64,000 bases of DNA from an uncultured candidate division Zixibacteria bacterium (GTDB taxonomy: Bacteria > Zixibacteria > MSB-5A5 > GN15 > FEB-12). The stretch covers positions 32,001 to 96,000 of the forward strand of contig CAWDXE010000007.1 of NCBI GenBank assembly GCA_963806185.1. Direction: 5' to 3'. Shown piece after piece: positions 61,908 through 64,000 of the stretch (the stretch's first letter is position 1; the number at the start of each line of letters is the position of its first letter). The notes below the pieces were generated by a model, which saw only the letters and a program-made list of their open reading frames with translations, was not told the origin of the DNA and made no database searches. The position numbers and the translations under genes are program-made.

Positions 61908-63062
61908 ATGCTTGACACACCAGACCGTGGTTTGCCGCCCTGTTCGCCTGATTGCTGCTCGCCGGTGCAGATCACTACTCTTCAAAGCCATCCCCGGGTG
62001 GCGATACGCATGCCCATTCCCAAAGATCCGTGGGTCATCGGAACGGTTGCATCGCCATTCGGGGAAATCCCTCAGGTTGATGCGAAGTTGCAGTGGCTCG
62101 ATACTCTTGGCTCCTGGAAGGCTCGATGGGGCATCGGGCGTTCGAATTACAGCGTCCAGCCGCGCCTCTATGCCGTCGGCAATCCCGCCAAAACATCACC
62201 GGTGTTCGTTACGGCCAACTATAAGATGAGTTTTGACCGTCTCCGGTCGAACCTGGCTGATATCGACGGCTGGATCCTGGTTCTGGATACCAAGGGCATC
62301 AACGTATGGTGCGCGGCTGGTAAGGGCACCTTTGGCACCGAGGAACTTATCCGTCGAGTTGAGGTAGAGGGTCTGAAGCAGATTGTGTCTCATCGCCGCC
62401 TGATTCTCCCGCAGTTGGGTGCCACCGGCGTCAGCGCGCACCACACGCGCGAGCGCAGCGGTTTCCACGTTTTCTACGGCCCCGTCCGGGCGAAGGATAT
62501 TCCAGAGTTCATGCAAGCCAGGATGAAGGCGACCGAAGCCATGCGGAAAATCACCTTTACGCTGGCCGAACGGGCAGTCCTGATCCCGATCGAGTTTGTA
62601 AACAATCTTAAATACGCGCTCTTCGCAGCTGCGTGCCTGCTGCTACTCACCGGCGTTGGGTTGGATATCTACTCTCTGGATCGAGTGAAGGATTTCGGCA
62701 TCACCAATGCCGGCTTGGTACTTCTGTCAACTTTGTGCGGTGCATTGTTGCCCGCGCTGCTTTTGCCGTGGTTACCGGGGCGGGCGTTTTCGTTCAAGGG
62801 AGCTGCTGCCGGGCTACTGCCAGCAATCGGCATCGCCGCTCTGATGTGGTGGCATCCGGAGACTTTTCGCAATCGGGTCAGCGGCACTAGCTGGATGTTC
62901 ATTTTCCCAGCGGTGTCGAGCTTTCTAGGGATGAACTTCACGGGTAGTTCGACTTATACGTCGTTGTCAGGCGTCAAGAAAGAGATGCGCGTTGCCTTGC
63001 CAGCACAGATTTCAGTCGCTGTGTGCGGACTCGTATTGTGGCTAGTAGGATTGTTCATATGA
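61908..63062 (+). CDS. hgcA: Mercury methylation corrinoid protein HgcA
   Basis: Cap-helix GINVWCAAGKGTFG, TANYKMSFD, LPQLGATG, C-terminal TMs ending NFTGSSTYTSLSGV. Confidence 0.97.
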   Translation: MLDTPDRGLPPCSPDCCSPVQITTLQSHPRVAIRMPIPKDPWVIGTVASPFGEIPQVDAKLQWLDTLGSWKARWGIGRSNYSVQPRLYAVGNPAKTSPVFVTANYKMSFDRLRSNLADIDGWILVLDTKGINVWCAAGKGTFGTEELIRRVEVEGLKQIVSHRRLILPQLGATGVSAHHTRERSGFHVFYGPVRAKDIPEFMQARMKATEAMRKITFTLAERAVLIPIEFVNNLKYALFAAACLLLLTGVGLDIYSLDRVKDFGITNAGLVLLSTLCGALLPALLLPWLPGRAFSFKGAAAGLLPAIGIAALMWWHPETFRNRVSGTSWMFIFPAVSSFLGMNFTGSSTYTSLSGVKKEMRVALPAQISVAVCGLVLWLVGLFI

Positions 63063-63355
63063 CGACCAAGTATCTCTCGGGCGTTGTAACGCTCGAGCTT
63101 AATTCGGATAAGTGCAATGGCTGCGGTATGTGCCTACAGGTTTGTCCGCACGCCGTCTTTGCGCTCGAGAATAAGCGGGCGAAGATTGTCGATCTCGATG
63201 CATGTATGGAATGTGGGGCTTGTGCTTTGAATTGCCCAGAAGGCGCGATTAGCGTTCGGTCCGGAGTTGGATGTGCAGCGGGCATTTTGACCGGAGCTTT
63301 ACGAGGAACTGAACCCACTTGCGGTTGCGGAGATGACTCGGGGGGTTGCTGCTAA
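63059..63355 (+). CDS. hgcB: Mercury methylation ferredoxin HgcB
   Basis: CNGCGMCLQVCP, CMECGACALNCP, GVGCA, terminal CC; ATGA overlap with hgcA. Confidence 0.96.
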   Translation: MTTKYLSGVVTLELNSDKCNGCGMCLQVCPHAVFALENKRAKIVDLDACMECGACALNCPEGAISVRSGVGCAAGILTGALRGTEPTCGCGDDSGGCC

Positions 63356-63518
63356 CATATGGCCTCAAGTGTGCACCGTAGTATTTCAACAGACATGTTG
63401 TATGATGTTGAAGTCACTTGTATAGCGGTTCAGCTAAAGTTGCATATCACAAAGCTATTTGCCAGAGTTGGGGCCGGAGCTTGCGAATATCTGTTGAATG
63501 CCTCGAAGCTCTTAAAAC

Positions 63519-63718
63519 GGAATGCGCAATCCATGATCGGATTGTGGCGTTTGGGACCAATTGGGGACCGTGGGACTTCAAAACAGTCAATACGCACTAC
63601 GAATCATTCAAAACTATTTGATGACGCAATCAATTGGTGGAACTCACCTTACGGCGTAATTGACACAATGACAATCATTTATGGGAAACATACAGTACGA
63701 ATCCCTACCTCTCCGCAT
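63519..63718 (+). mobile_element. Island right-end module and attR
   Basis: GGGACCAATTGGGGACC arm-type repeat at 63553; 21-bp tRNA-Ser 3' duplication at 63698; homologous to 5237-5436. Confidence 0.85.
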
Positions 63719-64000
63719 TTTTCTTACTAAATCATTACAATTGAAGTTGTAGACGATGTGCGCTATGTTGGAGATAATGGGCGGGCAGGTCGGAAGACTT
63801 GCTGCGCACGGAACCCACCGCTGGCCTTGGGCCAGCGAAGATAAGAGAAAGACGCGGGCCACCGGCCGTCGTATTCGGGAAATAAGGTGTGCTACCGGCT
63901 ACGTGTGCCACCAGTCGACAATATGCTCATCTTTCCACCGAAGCCAGATGGTGTCGGGAGCCTGTGGTCCTCTCGTGAGCAGAGAATCTTCTTTCGCCCA

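Larger units (their letters stand above)
47397..63718 (+). mobile_element. tRNA-Ser-integrated genomic island (ars + hgcAB), no intact integrase
   Basis: Exact 21-bp direct repeat CGAATCCCTACCTCTCCGCAT at 47397-47417 and 63698-63718; AT-rich ends; arm-type repeat at 63553. Confidence 0.9.

Noticed and set aside
61908..63062. CdhE/AcsC (acetyl-CoA synthase gamma subunit) rather than HgcA
   Set aside because: It has the NVWCAAGK cap helix, C-terminal TM domain and an adjacent HgcB-type ferredoxin, and lacks the N-terminal Fe-S domain of AcsC.

Overview
A 64-kb stretch of bacterial chromosome. The Cys-flanked dockerin-like C-terminal domains suggest candidate phylum Zixibacteria; this is inference only. 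The core segment (about 16-47 kb) holds cysK-cysE, phoB-phoR-pstSCAB-phoU, bfr, gap-pgk-tpiA-secG-tRNA-Leu(GAG), purF, tRNA-Sec (selC), dCMP deaminase, glnA, tadA, tRNA-Ser(CGA) and three clusters of REP-like palindromes. The left end is the tail of a metal-related island: a sensor kinase, an outer-membrane barrel and nikR-nikM(N)QO, ending in a tRNA-Leu 3' remnant. After it come two gene pairs, each a tail-fibre-like protein plus a small dockerin-bearing partner. The highlight is a ~16.3-kb island inserted at tRNA-Ser, with an exact 21-bp direct repeat at 47397-47417 and 63698-63718 and no intact integrase. It carries arsD(+CMD)-arsA-acr3-arsR-arsC, a Cys-Cys ABC module, a probable DUF1573 selenoprotein (in-frame UGA in a U-G-C motif plus a SECIS-like hairpin), arsR-arsP-arsE/F/F/G-like genes, and an ArsR-led operon ending in the mercury-methylation genes hgcA-hgcB. 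The right ends of the two islands share an ungapped, homologous ~200-nt non-coding module although they abut different tRNA 3' ends. Several single-base frameshifts, including one in pgk, probably reflect assembly errors.
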